Assembly: GCA_027491735.1 (NCBI GenBank)
Contig: JAOZGP010000036.1
Span: forward strand, 1 to 53,207
Source of the DNA: Thermoproteota archaeon
Lineage (GTDB): Archaea; Korarchaeota; Korarchaeia; Korarchaeales; Korarchaeaceae
Direction of reading: 5' to 3'
DNA length: 53,207 nucleotides
The position numbers and the translations under genes were made by a program. Below, piece by piece: positions 26,953 through 38,373 of the stretch (within the stretch, counting starts at the first letter, position 1; the number at the start of each line of letters is the position of its first letter). The notes below the pieces were generated by a model, which saw only the letters and a list, made by a program, of their open reading frames with translations, did not search any database and was not told the DNA's origin.

Positions 26953-27891
26953 GTGGGCCTCAGGGCGCTCAGGAGACTGAGGGGCCGCGATTATCTGACT
27001 CTGAAGGATGTGATGCCCGAAGAGTTCAGGGCCCTTGTGTTAAGGTCCTTGGACTACAAGAGGGGTTTAGTATCCGGCACTCCTCTTACCAGAAAATATG
27101 TAGCTGGGATCTTTGAGAAACCATCCACCAGGACCAGAGTCTCCTTTTCTGTAGCCGTCTCCTCGTTAGGAGGAACTTTCTTAAACCTTCCAAAGGAATC
27201 ACTCCAGATCTCTAGGGGAGAAACTCTGAAGGACACAGCTCTCGTGCTTAGCCGGTTTGTTGATGCCATAGCAGCGAGAGTCAAGAGTCACAATACCCTT
27301 ACGGAGTTGGCGAGCTGGGCTGACGTCCCGGTTATAAACCTACTCTCTGATAGATATCATCCTCTCCAAGCGTTAGCTGATGTGGTGACAATTGTGGAGA
27401 GCTTTGGAGGTAGAAAAGTTGATGTGGCATTCGTAGGAGACGGCTCAGCGAACACATGCGCTAGTTTGATGTTTGCATCGGTTCTTATGGGATATAACTT
27501 CAGAGTAGGAGCTCCTGAGAGCTACATGCCAAGAGAAGATGATCTTAAGTTCGCTAAGAGACTAGCTGAGCTTACTGGATCTGAGATAGACCTAACTGAG
27601 GATCCTAAGGAGGCAGTTAAGGATGTACATGTCATCTACACGGACACATGGTTCTCCATGGGCGTTTTAGATATAGATAAGAGAAAGGAAATCTTTCCAC
27701 CCTATCAGGTGAACTCTGAGCTTTTAAAAGCTGCATCTCCAGAGGCTATCGTCATGCACTGCCAGCCATGGTTTCTAGGCCAGGAAATAACTGAGGAGGT
27801 GGCCTATGGGCCCAGATCCAGGGCTTTTGATGAGGCTGAAAACAGGCTGCATACCTCAAAAGCGGTACTTGAGGCAATACTGGGAATTTAA
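26953..27891 (+). CDS. argF: Ornithine carbamoyltransferase
   Basis: FEKPSTRTR, HPLQALAD, YTDTWFSMG, HCQP, AENRLH. Confidence 0.92.
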   Translation: MGLRALRRLRGRDYLTLKDVMPEEFRALVLRSLDYKRGLVSGTPLTRKYVAGIFEKPSTRTRVSFSVAVSSLGGTFLNLPKESLQISRGETLKDTALVLSRFVDAIAARVKSHNTLTELASWADVPVINLLSDRYHPLQALADVVTIVESFGGRKVDVAFVGDGSANTCASLMFASVLMGYNFRVGAPESYMPREDDLKFAKRLAELTGSEIDLTEDPKEAVKDVHVIYTDTWFSMGVLDIDKRKEIFPPYQVNSELLKAASPEAIVMHCQPWFLGQEITEEVAYGPRSRAFDEAENRLHTSKAVLEAILGI

Positions 27892-27915
27892 AGGCTCACG
27901 ACCTTCCCACAAACG

Positions 27916-27923
27916 TTTATATA
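27916..27923 (+). promoter_or_regulatory. TATA box of the rRNA operon
   Basis: TTTATATA about 23 nt before the GC-rich leader hairpin. Confidence 0.75.
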
Positions 27924-27944
27924 TTGATGCCCGATAGTTATACC

Positions 27945-28031
27945 TTGCCGTGGTCACCGGCGCATCACCCTTGAAGTGAGGGTTGGTAATCCTGATCAAA
28001 ATGAGAGGGTGATGTTCCCACCACGGTGACA
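27945..28031 (+). ncRNA. K-turn hairpin ending in ACA at the 5' end of the pre-rRNA leader (H/ACA-like candidate)
   Basis: Lower stem TGCCGTGGT/ACCACGGTG, internal loop, upper stem CATCACCCT/AGGGTGATG, K-turn TTGA-AGT-GA...GA-TCAA, ACA at 28029-28031. Confidence 0.5.
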
Positions 28032-28099
28032 GTCGTCCTCGTATTAGAATGTGAACATGAGGAAAACGCTCCGCCGAGGAGCGGACCCCTCATGTTCTA

Positions 28100-28131
28100 G
28101 AGAACCTAGGTACCCCCACGGTAAGGACAGC
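28100..28131 (+). other. 5' strand of the 16S processing stem with BHB motif
   Basis: GAGAACCTAGGTACCCCC-ACGG-TAA-GGACAGC pairs with 29685-29716. Confidence 0.92.
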
Positions 28132-28153
28132 GTAAGGCGGCCGTACTCTCATG

Positions 28154-29664
<1,511 letters not shown>

Positions 29665-29684
29665 CAATTTAATTTTCATCAATT

Positions 29685-29716
29685 GCTGTCCCCGTAAAGG
29701 GGGTACCTAGGTTCTC
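29685..29716 (+). other. 3' strand of the 16S processing stem with BHB motif
   Basis: GCTGTCC-CCGT-AAA-GGGGGTACCTAGGTTCTC. Confidence 0.92.
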
Positions 29717-29809
29717 TCAGATCATGTACGTCCATGTCTTCTAAATGATCCTCCATAGAGGTTCTCTATGGGGGTGAGCGCTAGGGTCCCAAACAGGGAT
29801 CCTGATGAG

Positions 29810-29850
29810 CGCTTGATGACGGGCGCTAAAGGCCAGAGTCCGGCCGTGGC
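29810..29850 (+). other. 5' strand of the 23S processing stem with BHB motif
   Basis: CGCTTGATGACGGG-CGCT-AAA-GGCCAGAGTCCGGCCGTGGC pairs with ~32884-32924. Confidence 0.88.
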
Positions 29851-32800
29851 TGCTACACCGCCTGGTGGATGGCTCGGCTCGGGCGCCGACGAAGGGGGTG
29901 GCAAGCTGCCATAAGCCTCGGGGAGCCGCACGCAGGCTTAGATCCGGGGATTCCCGAATGGGATCTCCTGCTGGGCACTTTTAGTTCCCAGCTCTCCCAA
30001 CAGGGAGAGGGAACCCCCCGAATTGAAGCATCTCAGTAGGGGGAGGAAGAGAAATCAAACGAGATGCCCTGAGTACCGGCGAGGGAAAGGGGCACAGTTC
30101 AAACTGAACCCTACCAGGCAACTGGTTAGGGGATGTGGTGTTTTGGGGTGGCCGCATCCCCCTTTCAGGGAAGCTGAAGTGGGCTGGAACGCCCCGCCAT
30201 AGAGGGTGAGAGCCCCGTAGGCGTAACCTGCAAGGGGGAAAGCCGCTTCCAGAGTACCGTGGGTTGGAATACCCGCGGGAAGTTGGGGGTCACCGACCTC
30301 CAAAACTAAACACGTCCCGAGACCGATAGCGAACTTAGTACCGTGAGGGAAAGCTGAAAAGTACCGTTGGCGCGGGGTGAAAAGAGCCTGAAACCAGGCG
30401 GTTATAGGAGTGGCGGCTCTTAAGGGATGATTCTTCCCTAAGGAAAGGGTGGTGACACCCAAGTACGAGGGAGGAGAACCGGAGTCGCCCCGTACGTCTT
30501 GAAACACGCGCCGGGGAGTTCACCAGCGTGGCGAGCTTAAGGGGTAATCCCTGCAGGCGTAGGGAAACCGAAGGCCTCGCAGCCAGCCTAAGGCTGGTGA
30601 GGGGGCTGCCTCTGAAAAGGGGGCTCTAGTCACGCTGGTGAGACCAGAAGCCGGGCGATCTACTCCTGGGCAGGGTGAAGCTGGGCCGCGAGCCCAGTGG
30701 AGGCCCGATAGAGATGGTGAGGTGCAAATCCCTCTCGTGACCTGGGAGTAGGGGCAAAAGACCAATCTAGCCCGGCAATAGCTGGTTCCCGCCGAAGCCT
30801 CCCGTAGGAGGACCCCCGTGGAGGGAGAGGGCGCGGTAGGGCAACGATTGGGTGGCAAGGGGGCTACGGTCCCCACCACCCTTTCGAACCCCGAATGCGC
30901 TCTCCTCGTAGAAGCGAGGAGCCGGGCGGCAGGGGGAAGCTCTGTCGCCGAGAGGGGAACAACCCAGACCGGGGTTAAGGCCCCCAAGTCCCGGTTAAGT
31001 GCCGAAATCAGAAGGGCGTCTCTCTCCTGAGACAGCGGGGAGGTAGGCTTAGAAGCAGCCATCCTTTAAAGAGTGCGTAACAGCTCACCCGCCGAGGAGG
31101 GAGGCCCTGAAAATATGTCGGGGCTGAAACCGGGCGCCGATACCCCGGTGGTGCGCCTGGATAGGCGCACTAGGTAGGCGGGCGCACACGCTGGGTAGAA
31201 GCCGGGGCGTGAGCTCTGGTGGACCGGCGTGTGTTGCGGATCCCGGCGGTAGTAGCAGCCAAGTGGGGTGAGAATCCCCATGGCCGAAAGCGCCAGGGTT
31301 CGCCGGCAATGCTTCGTCAGCCGGCGGTTAGCCGGTCCTAAGGCGGCGCGTAACTCGCTGCCGCCGAAAGGGAAGCCGGTTAATATTCCGGCGCCACCGG
31401 GGTAGGTGCGGCAACGCAAGCTCCACTCCTGACGCCTCGGGCTGGGCCGAGCAGGGGTGGACGTATGTCCACGACCTGTCCAAGCACTTAAAGCCGCGGA
31501 GTGCCGTAAAGGCGAGAAGCGGCTGAAGGTGTGATGGGGGGGTCCTTTAGGACCCTTCGGCTGATGCCTGGGGCCCATGAAAAGGGAGTGGAGAACGATC
31601 CTCGGTGACCGTACCGAGAACCGACACAGGTGCGCTGGCTGAGAAGGCCAAGGCCTGTCGGTCCTAACGCGGGAGAGGGAACTCGGCAAATTGGCCCCGT
31701 AACTTCGGGAGAAGGGGTGCCTGCGTTCCTGGGCTTAAGCCCGGGTCCGCAGGTCGCAGTGACAAAGGGTGCCCGACTGTTTAACAAAAACATAGTTCCC
31801 CGCAAGCCCGAAAGGGTGTGTACGGGGGATGAGGCCTGGCCAATGCCGGTACCTGAACCCCGGGTTCAACCGGGAGAAGGGCCGGTGAAAGCCGGGAGTA
31901 ACTCTGACTCTCTTAAGGTAGCCATATGCCTTGCCGAATAAAAATCGGCGTGCATGAATGGCTTAACGAGGTGCCCGCTGTCCCCTCCCGCGGGCCGGTG
32001 AACCCGCATCCCGGTGCACAGACCGGGACGCCCCAGTGGGGAGAGAAGACCCTGTGGAGCTTCACTGCAGCCTGGCCTTGGGATATACTCGTGGATGCAG
32101 AGCGTAGGCGGGAGCGATGTGGTAGCCCTCGAGGGGGCTACTGAAGCGTCAATGGAACACCGCCCTTCCGCGGGCGTATCCCTAACTGGGGGTTCCCAGG
32201 ACAGGGCTAGGTGGGCAGTTTGGCTGGGGTGGTACGCCCCTGCAAAGGTATCAGGGGCGCCCAAAGGCGGACTCAGGCGGGACGGAAACCCGCCGTAGAG
32301 GGCAAGGCCAAAAGTCCGCCTGACTGGATCCCTAAAAGCGTGGGATCCAGGGGTGAAAGCCGGGCCTAGCGAACACTCGCGCCCTCTCGGTGGGGGCCGG
32401 GTACGACAGAAAAGTTACCCCAGGGGTAACGGAGCCGTGGCGGGTGAGAGTCCCCATCGGCCCCGCCGCTTGCTTCCCCGACGTCGACACTGCCCATCCT
32501 GGGGGTGCAGCAGCCCCCAAGGGTAGGGATGCTCGCCCGTTAAAGGGGAACGTGAGTTGGGTTCAGAACGTCGCGAGCCAGTTCGGTTTCTACCTGCTGG
32601 GGCTGCGAGGCCGCCTGAGGGGAAGGGACCCTTAGTACGAAAGGAACGGGGTGCCGGGGCCTCTGGTGTACCGGTCGTCCGCAAGGGCGTCGCCGGGTAG
32701 CCACGCCCCAGGCCGATAAGGGCTGAAAGCATCTAAGCCCGAAGCGGCCCCCGAAAATAGGCGACCGTCTCCCTCTTAGGGGGTAAGGGCCCGGGTAGAA

Positions 32801-32883
32801 GACCCGGTTGATGGGGTGGGGGTGTAAGGCGGGAGGGGGTTTCCTCCGGACCGCCTCAGCCCACCACTCCCAATAGCCCGAAC
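29851..32883 (+). rRNA. rrl: 23S rRNA (ends approximate)
   Basis: GGTGGATGGCTCGGC, GAGTGCGTAACAGCTCAC, CTCTTAAGGTAGC, sarcin-ricin loop, GCTGAAAGCATCTAAG. Confidence 0.98.
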
Positions 32884-32924
32884 GTCGCGGTCGGATTCTG
32901 ACCGGTGATTCCCGTCATCAAGCG
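32884..32924 (+). other. 3' strand of the 23S processing stem with BHB motif
   Basis: GTCGCGGTCGGATTCTGACC-GGTG-ATT-CCCGTCATCAAGCG. Confidence 0.88.
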
Positions 32925-33002
32925 TCTGGATATAGCTCTCTCAGGATTCTCTTGATCTCAAACTCATGAGATCGTAATGTACTTTGTTCTTGGTCCCTTT
33001 CT

Positions 33003-33296
33003 CGAGAGGAGACCGGGTGGTTCGGCCTCTTGGGCTGAGGAAGGTCCGCCCACCTCCTCGGCAGGTCGTCTCCGTAAAGGGGATCTCCCGGAAGGGAGAC
33101 CTCTCCCAACAGAAACGACACGGCTGTGTGATTATGGCGATGATGCGCTCGAGCGTTGAGGACTCACATAGATCCGGTGAAACGGGGGAGAGGCGACTGG
33201 GTGCAAGCTCTCTCGCGATGGGAAGCCGGGGCGAGCGGGAGAGGGCGCGCAGTCAAATCTACCCTAGTACAGAAGGCGGACTATGGTCTCCTCTCG
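33003..33296 (+). ncRNA. rnpB: RNase P RNA (archaeal, type A-like)
   Basis: P1 CGAGAGGAGACC/GGTCTCCTCTCG; GAGGAAGGTCCGCCCAC; ACAGAAAC; GGTGAAACGG; GGGTGCAAG; ACAGAAGGCGGACTA (P4); P8 and P9 hairpins; K-turn in P12. Confidence 0.93.
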
Positions 33297-33365
33297 TCCT
33301 TATGATAGGTCTTCATGACGTGAGGTCGGTAGAGTTAGAGTCGAGGACCATGAAGATCACCTAAT

Positions 33366-33400
33366 CTCACAAGATCCACATCCAAGACCTCATGCGCGGG
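33366..33400. repeat. Dispersed 35-nt element, copy B
   Basis: CTCACAAGATCCACATCCAAGACCTCATGCGCGGG, 30/35 identical to 22282-22316. Confidence 0.75.
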
Positions 33401-33485
33401 GTCGCTAGGTGATCGTATGGCGTGAATCGATCTCCGATCTCCTCACGAGCAACCTTTAAATACATAAACCTCAAGTATTCTTCTC

Positions 33486-33560
33486 AGCGGGGTGGGGCAG
33501 CCTGGTCAGCCCGCCGGGCTCATAACCCGGAGGTCGGTGGTTCAAATCCACCCCCCGCTA
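33486..33560 (+). tRNA. Initiator tRNA-Met(CAU)
   Basis: A1-U72, three G-C pairs in the anticodon stem (CCGGG-CT-CAT-AA-CCCGG); TTTAAATA box at 33455. Confidence 0.97.
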
Positions 33561-34007
33561 TTTCTCCAAATTTTTAACGGATTTCTCATTTTTGTTCAAT
33601 ATTGTACTGAACTGAAAGATGAGATCCTCCGGGAACCCCGGGCGGCGTATCCCTATTCTCCAGAGACGAGCCGCTCAAGAGAACCAACGACCGTATGGCG
33701 AGTTCAGCAACGTGCTGAAGAACATCTGGTGAATTCGCAGTCAGCTCCCCTCCGCAGAATGGAGCTTACGGTTGACTCCGCTGAAATCAGTGCTAGCAGC
33801 CGTGCCTCTCTAAGTAGTCGTGCAGAGCCATCCCGATAGCTCCGAGAAGCTCCCCAGGCAATAGCGTAGTGCTGTCTTGGCAAGCTCTGAGAAACCTCTG
33901 AACTCCTCCTCTCTAACTCACGGAGATACCTGAAACCAGTTCCAAACCAGTTCTACATACAAGGATTTTGTGGTGTTTCACACCGGACTGGATCAGGTGA
34001 GCTAAAA

Positions 34008-34669
34008 ATGAGAGGCGTGAGGTACCTCCTGGTGCTGGGTTGGTGATGGCGGGAGTGACCTGCGGCATGGCAGCAGCGACGGCAGCAAGTCACAACGGCA
34101 TGATTGCCAAGGTGATGGGCGGGCAGGTAGTAGAAGAGGTGCTGCTGAGCGGGGATATGAAAAGCGGACTGCTTACGGTGACAACCTCCGACGGGTCCGT
34201 TGTTGGGACCGTGAGCGTGAAATCCTCTGATGGAACTCCAGTTCTGAAGATCGGCAAGGTCGTTGAGAGCGGCAGGGAGATAACACTGTATACCGAACAT
34301 AAAACAATGCATGTGAAGAAAATCCATGATGTAGCTTTAACAGAAGAGCAGAAGGATAAAGCGATCAATATAGCGAGTGGAGATCCGAAGGTCCAGGAGT
34401 TGATCAAGGAAACAGGCGCAGACGTTAATGACCTCACCATTCTCTCAGTAGGTCCAACTTTTGTGGTCGACGAAGAAAGCAGTCAGGCGAAGGTGACGGG
34501 AGCAACCATCTGGGTGGCGTTGGGAGATAGGTGCTACCTCATGCAGGTGTCTTTCGAGAGCAGCAGTGTGACCAACATATATCCGGTGTCCTGTCCATCA
34601 GCGACTCCTTCAGGAGAGCATACAGCACACAGACGCGGATCTCCAACCTCCTTTTTCTTTTTTACGTAG
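34008..34669 (+). pseudogene. Secreted/surface protein gene with a 1-nt frameshift in the signal peptide
   Basis: AGGTGA SD + ATG 34008 gives MRGVRYLLVLG then W-stop; a -1 shift at ~34040 continues LVMAGVTCGMAAATAA and a 200-aa domain. Confidence 0.6.
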
Positions 34670-34694
34670 CTAAACCCTAAACTGTGGTGAGAAA

Positions 34695-35187
34695 ATGAAA
34701 TCCAGCATGACGAAGAAGGATTTAGCCTGGGCATGTGTCCTCGTGATATCCACGTTCGTGCTGAGCTACAAACTACTCCCCCGTTCATCTGACAATCTCG
34801 GTAAACGGCGCGGCTATCTCGTCGGAGAAGCTACCGAAATTCTTCACATACACCGATGTCATGTTCATAGCGATCTCATCGGGATTTAGTGCTGCATATC
34901 TGATCCATCGCGCGGAAATCACCGAAAAATCGGCAGGGGAGGTGGTTCTGGGGGAAAGAAAGAGGAGGTGGGAGGAGATCGCAAAAACCCTGAAGGAGGA
35001 TGAAGCAAGAATATATCGGGCTGTGATTGAATTGGGTGGGATAATCAGACAAAGCGAGTTAGTTGAGAGGTTAGTTGAGAGGACGGGCTTGTCGGAGGCA
35101 AGCGTCAGCAGAGCTCTGGACCTGCTTGAAAGCAGGGGTTTGGTCGAGAGGAGGAGAGGGATGGGAAATATAGTGGTATTAAAATAA
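34695..35187 (+). pseudogene. Membrane-anchored winged-HTH regulator, frameshifted at a C5 run (~34778-34782)
   Basis: TM1 in the 34695 frame; from 34783 VHLTISVNG...TM2...LKEDEARIY..QSELVE..SEASVSRALDLLESRGLVERRR is open in the 34861 frame. Confidence 0.7.
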
Positions 35188-35425
35188 TTGGGAATATCCA
35201 AAAGCTCAGGTGCTACCATGGAGAGGTGATCGCGTCGGGACGTTCGAACGATCGACCTGTCGGATCGGAGGTGCACGAGCCCCGGTGCGTAGGACATCCA
35301 GAGGTGGGGCATGAGCACGAGACCCATGGACACCGAAGTGAACTCCCTGCTCTAGTTCTGGAGAAAGCGGGAATAGTGGAGTATGGAGAAAGCTGCTTGA
35401 AAACCGACCTCTTAGCATCAGCCTT

Positions 35426-36307
35426 CTACAACGATGAAATTCTTTCCCTGGCCATTTCGACGTACTCCTTTCTAATCTCCACACCGATGAAATGCCTCCC
35501 CAATCTCTCAGCCACAACACAGGTGGTCCCCGATCCGACGAAAGGATCCAGAACGACATCCCCCCTGAAGGTGTAGAGCTGAATGCATCTATATGGTAGC
35601 TCCTCAGGAAACGGTGCTGGATGTCCTATCCTCCTAGCGGATTCGGGAGGAAACCTCCACACGCTCTTGGTAAATTCCAAGAACTCTTCCCTTGTTATGG
35701 TGCTCTTCTTTTCCCCTCCAGCCCTTCTGAAGTCTCCCTTGGACATGACTATTATGTACTCGTGCTGATCCCTCAACACAGGGTTGACGGCGGACATCCA
35801 ACTCCCCCAGGCCGTGGACGCCCCGCTTACAGCATCTCCCTTGTCCCAGATTATCTCACCTCTAAGCAGGAAGCCTATGTTCTCAAACAGCCTCATGAGA
35901 TGAGCGTGCAAGGGAATGTACGGTTTCCTTCCCAAATTGGACACGTTGAAGCAGACCCTGCCCCCCCACACCAGGATTCTGTAGACCTCCCCCATGACCT
36001 CCTTCACGAAATCCAGGTACTCCTCAAGTGTCATGTCCCTATCGTACTCCTTTCCCACGTTGTAGGGTGGCGAGGTCACCACAAGGTGAACGCAATTGTC
36101 CGGAAGCTCTCTCAGAATATAACGGGCATCTCCGAGCAGTATCCTATCCAAAAATTTTTGAGGTACCTGATTCTCCGTTAAATCGCCTGAAGGACATGCT
36201 CCTTTAAATCCCCTCAGGGTGTAAAGCTTTCTCGAGTAAAAAGCTCTGGAATCGTGAGATTCCCTTCCCCTGGAGCCGAAGCTGCTTGTCCTGGTGCGCC
36301 TCCCCAT
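35426..36307 (-). CDS. Site-specific DNA methyltransferase (N4-C/N6-A, beta-type motif order)
   Basis: TSPPY catalytic motif before HPAPFPEEL and DPFVGSGTT SAM motif. Confidence 0.93.
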   Translation of the reverse strand: MGRRTRTSSFGSRGRESHDSRAFYSRKLYTLRGFKGACPSGDLTENQVPQKFLDRILLGDARYILRELPDNCVHLVVTSPPYNVGKEYDRDMTLEEYLDFVKEVMGEVYRILVWGGRVCFNVSNLGRKPYIPLHAHLMRLFENIGFLLRGEIIWDKGDAVSGASTAWGSWMSAVNPVLRDQHEYIIVMSKGDFRRAGGEKKSTITREEFLEFTKSVWRFPPESARRIGHPAPFPEELPYRCIQLYTFRGDVVLDPFVGSGTTCVVAERLGRHFIGVEIRKEYVEMARERISSL

Positions 36308-36341
36308 TCAGCACCCCCGACTCCCAGAAAAAAGAGAAAAA

Positions 36342-38297
36342 TTATTTTCCAGTGAGCTTAGCTTTCCTCTTCTCTAAGAAGGCCTTCACCCCCTCCCTCG
36401 AGTCCTGTGTGCTGAAGATCAGCCCAAACAACGACGACTCGAGAGCGAAATCTTTTTCGCTTCTCAAAGCAGTTTTTATGGCTGCTAACGACAGGGAAGG
36501 CTTCTCGGCCAATTTAAGAGCGAGATCTACGGCTTTGTTCATGAGCTCCTCGTCAGGAACTACTTCATCCACCAGGCCCATCTCCCCAGCCTCCCTAGCA
36601 CCGATCAGATCTCCCGTCATCATCAGCCTGCAGGCCTTGCTCCTTCCCACGAGCTTGTGCAGCCTCTGAGTAGCCCCTCCACCGGGCATTATTCCGAGGT
36701 TCACCTCGGGCTGCCCGAGCTTGGCTGACTCACATGCTATCCTCACATCGGCTCCCAAAGCTATCTCCATGCCTCCTCCAAGGCAGTATCCATTTATGGC
36801 CACTATAACTGGTTTCAGCGAACTTTCCATCCTCTGAGCGACTCTTTGGAACCTCATGGAATACTTCATGGCGTCAAATGGGCTGAGCTTAAGGAGATCG
36901 GATACGTCGGCTCCGGCACAGAATGCCCTACCAGATCCGGTTATTATAATGACCCTAACCTTCTCGTCGTGATCCAACTCATCCAGAGCTCTCTCAAGCT
37001 CATCGAGAGTTTCCATGGTGACAGCATTGAGCTTCTCAGGCCTATTCATCCTCAGGATAGCGATACCTCTCTCATAGTCCTTATCCAGGGAGAGCGAGGT
37101 GTACCTGCTGATATAGTCGTAGAAACCCTGTCCGGCGACTTTCCCAACCTTGTTCTCCTTGAGCATTTTCATCAGGAGGCTCGCCGGGGCGAACTCCTTT
37201 GATCCAAGCCTCTCCTTCAACTCCATGAGGGAGGCGACCACCCTTCCAATTCCGAACTCATCGGCGTACTCGAAGATTCCCTTGGGATATCCAAGACCCA
37301 ACTTGACAGCTGTATCTATGTCCTCCTTCGATGCAACCTCCTCCATTAGCAAGCAGGCTGCTTCATTCACCCCAGGGGAGATTAGAAGGCACTCGTCAAC
37401 TGCTTGGGCTGCTTCAGGGTTGAGCTCAGGTTTGACGTACTTCCCAGGATCTGGGTACTTGTAAAATCCCTCTCCCTTCTTGACCCCGAGCTTCTTCCTC
37501 TGAAAGAGCTCCTCCATGAGTGGACATATGGATATATCCACTCCCCTTTCCTTCACAGCTTTAAGTATGTAGTAGAAGACGTCCACGCCGCTGTAGTCAG
37601 CAAGCTCGAAGATCCCCATGGGAAAGCCGAGTTTCAATACCACAGCGGAATCTACCTCATTTACGGAGTGAACTCCTTTGTGAACGAGCATGCAAGCGGT
37701 GTTCATGATTCTCACCAATATCCTGTTGACGATAAATCCGGGGACGTCCTTCCTCAGAACCACAGGCGTTTTGCCCAGCTTTTTGGCCAGCTCCGCTGCA
37801 GCCTCAACGACGTCTTCTGAGGTCTCCTTGCCTCGAACGATCTCAACCAGCTTCATCAACACTGGAGGATTGAAGAAGTGCATTCCTAGAAACCTCTCAG
37901 ATCTCCTCATGAAGGAGGCCAGCTCGGATATCGGGAGGCTGCTCGTGTTGGAAGCTATGATGGCATGCTTGGGAGCTGACATATCCGCTCTCTCCAGGAC
38001 AGCCTTCTTTACCTCCATCCTCTCGGGTACGGCCTCTATGACAAAGTCAGCGTCTTTACAAACTTCCTCAATACTCACCGAGGTTCTTATCCTGCTCATA
38101 ATAAAATCAGGGCTTTCGGAAATTCTACCCTTACTGTAGAGCTTGTTTATACTCCACGAGATTCTATCGAGGGCTTTCCTCAAGATCTCGTCGGAGATGT
38201 CTGAAATTGAAACCAAAAATCCGTTCATTGCAAAGAGCTCGGCAATACCGTGCCCCATGGTTCCGGCTCCGATAACTGCTACACGCCTTATCTCCAT
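36342..38297 (-). CDS. 3-hydroxyacyl-CoA dehydrogenase / enoyl-CoA hydratase fusion
   Basis: GAGTMGHG, SNTSSL, GMHFFNP; C-terminal crotonase AFCAGAD, GGGMEIAL, GQPEVNLG; start at ATG 38297. Confidence 0.95.
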   Translation of the reverse strand: MEIRRVAVIGAGTMGHGIAELFAMNGFLVSISDISDEILRKALDRISWSINKLYSKGRISESPDFIMSRIRTSVSIEEVCKDADFVIEAVPERMEVKKAVLERADMSAPKHAIIASNTSSLPISELASFMRRSERFLGMHFFNPPVLMKLVEIVRGKETSEDVVEAAAELAKKLGKTPVVLRKDVPGFIVNRILVRIMNTACMLVHKGVHSVNEVDSAVVLKLGFPMGIFELADYSGVDVFYYILKAVKERGVDISICPLMEELFQRKKLGVKKGEGFYKYPDPGKYVKPELNPEAAQAVDECLLISPGVNEAACLLMEEVASKEDIDTAVKLGLGYPKGIFEYADEFGIGRVVASLMELKERLGSKEFAPASLLMKMLKENKVGKVAGQGFYDYISRYTSLSLDKDYERGIAILRMNRPEKLNAVTMETLDELERALDELDHDEKVRVIIITGSGRAFCAGADVSDLLKLSPFDAMKYSMRFQRVAQRMESSLKPVIVAINGYCLGGGMEIALGADVRIACESAKLGQPEVNLGIMPGGGATQRLHKLVGRSKACRLMMTGDLIGAREAGEMGLVDEVVPDEELMNKAVDLALKLAEKPSLSLAAIKTALRSEKDFALESSLFGLIFSTQDSREGVKAFLEKRKAKLTGK

Positions 38298-38373
38298 GAG
38301 AACCCCCTTCTTCCTTCTAGCGGTTAACTTTAAACAATAGTCCTCGACATGCAAAGGTGTCTGGGTTGGGTCG

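Noticed and set aside
26953-27891. HCQP instead of HCLP in ArgF as a novel transcarbamylase
   Set aside because: STRT and DxxxSMG ornithine-type motifs are intact; a single substitution is insufficient
32925-33300. Possible 5S rRNA after the 23S
   Set aside because: No 5S motifs; the sequence has RNase P conserved regions instead
33600-33950. Region after tRNA-iMet with short coding-like fragments
   Set aside because: No family could be recognised with confidence; left unannotated
35200-35420. LVLEKAGIVE fragment suggesting an HTH remnant
   Set aside because: Too short to support a call
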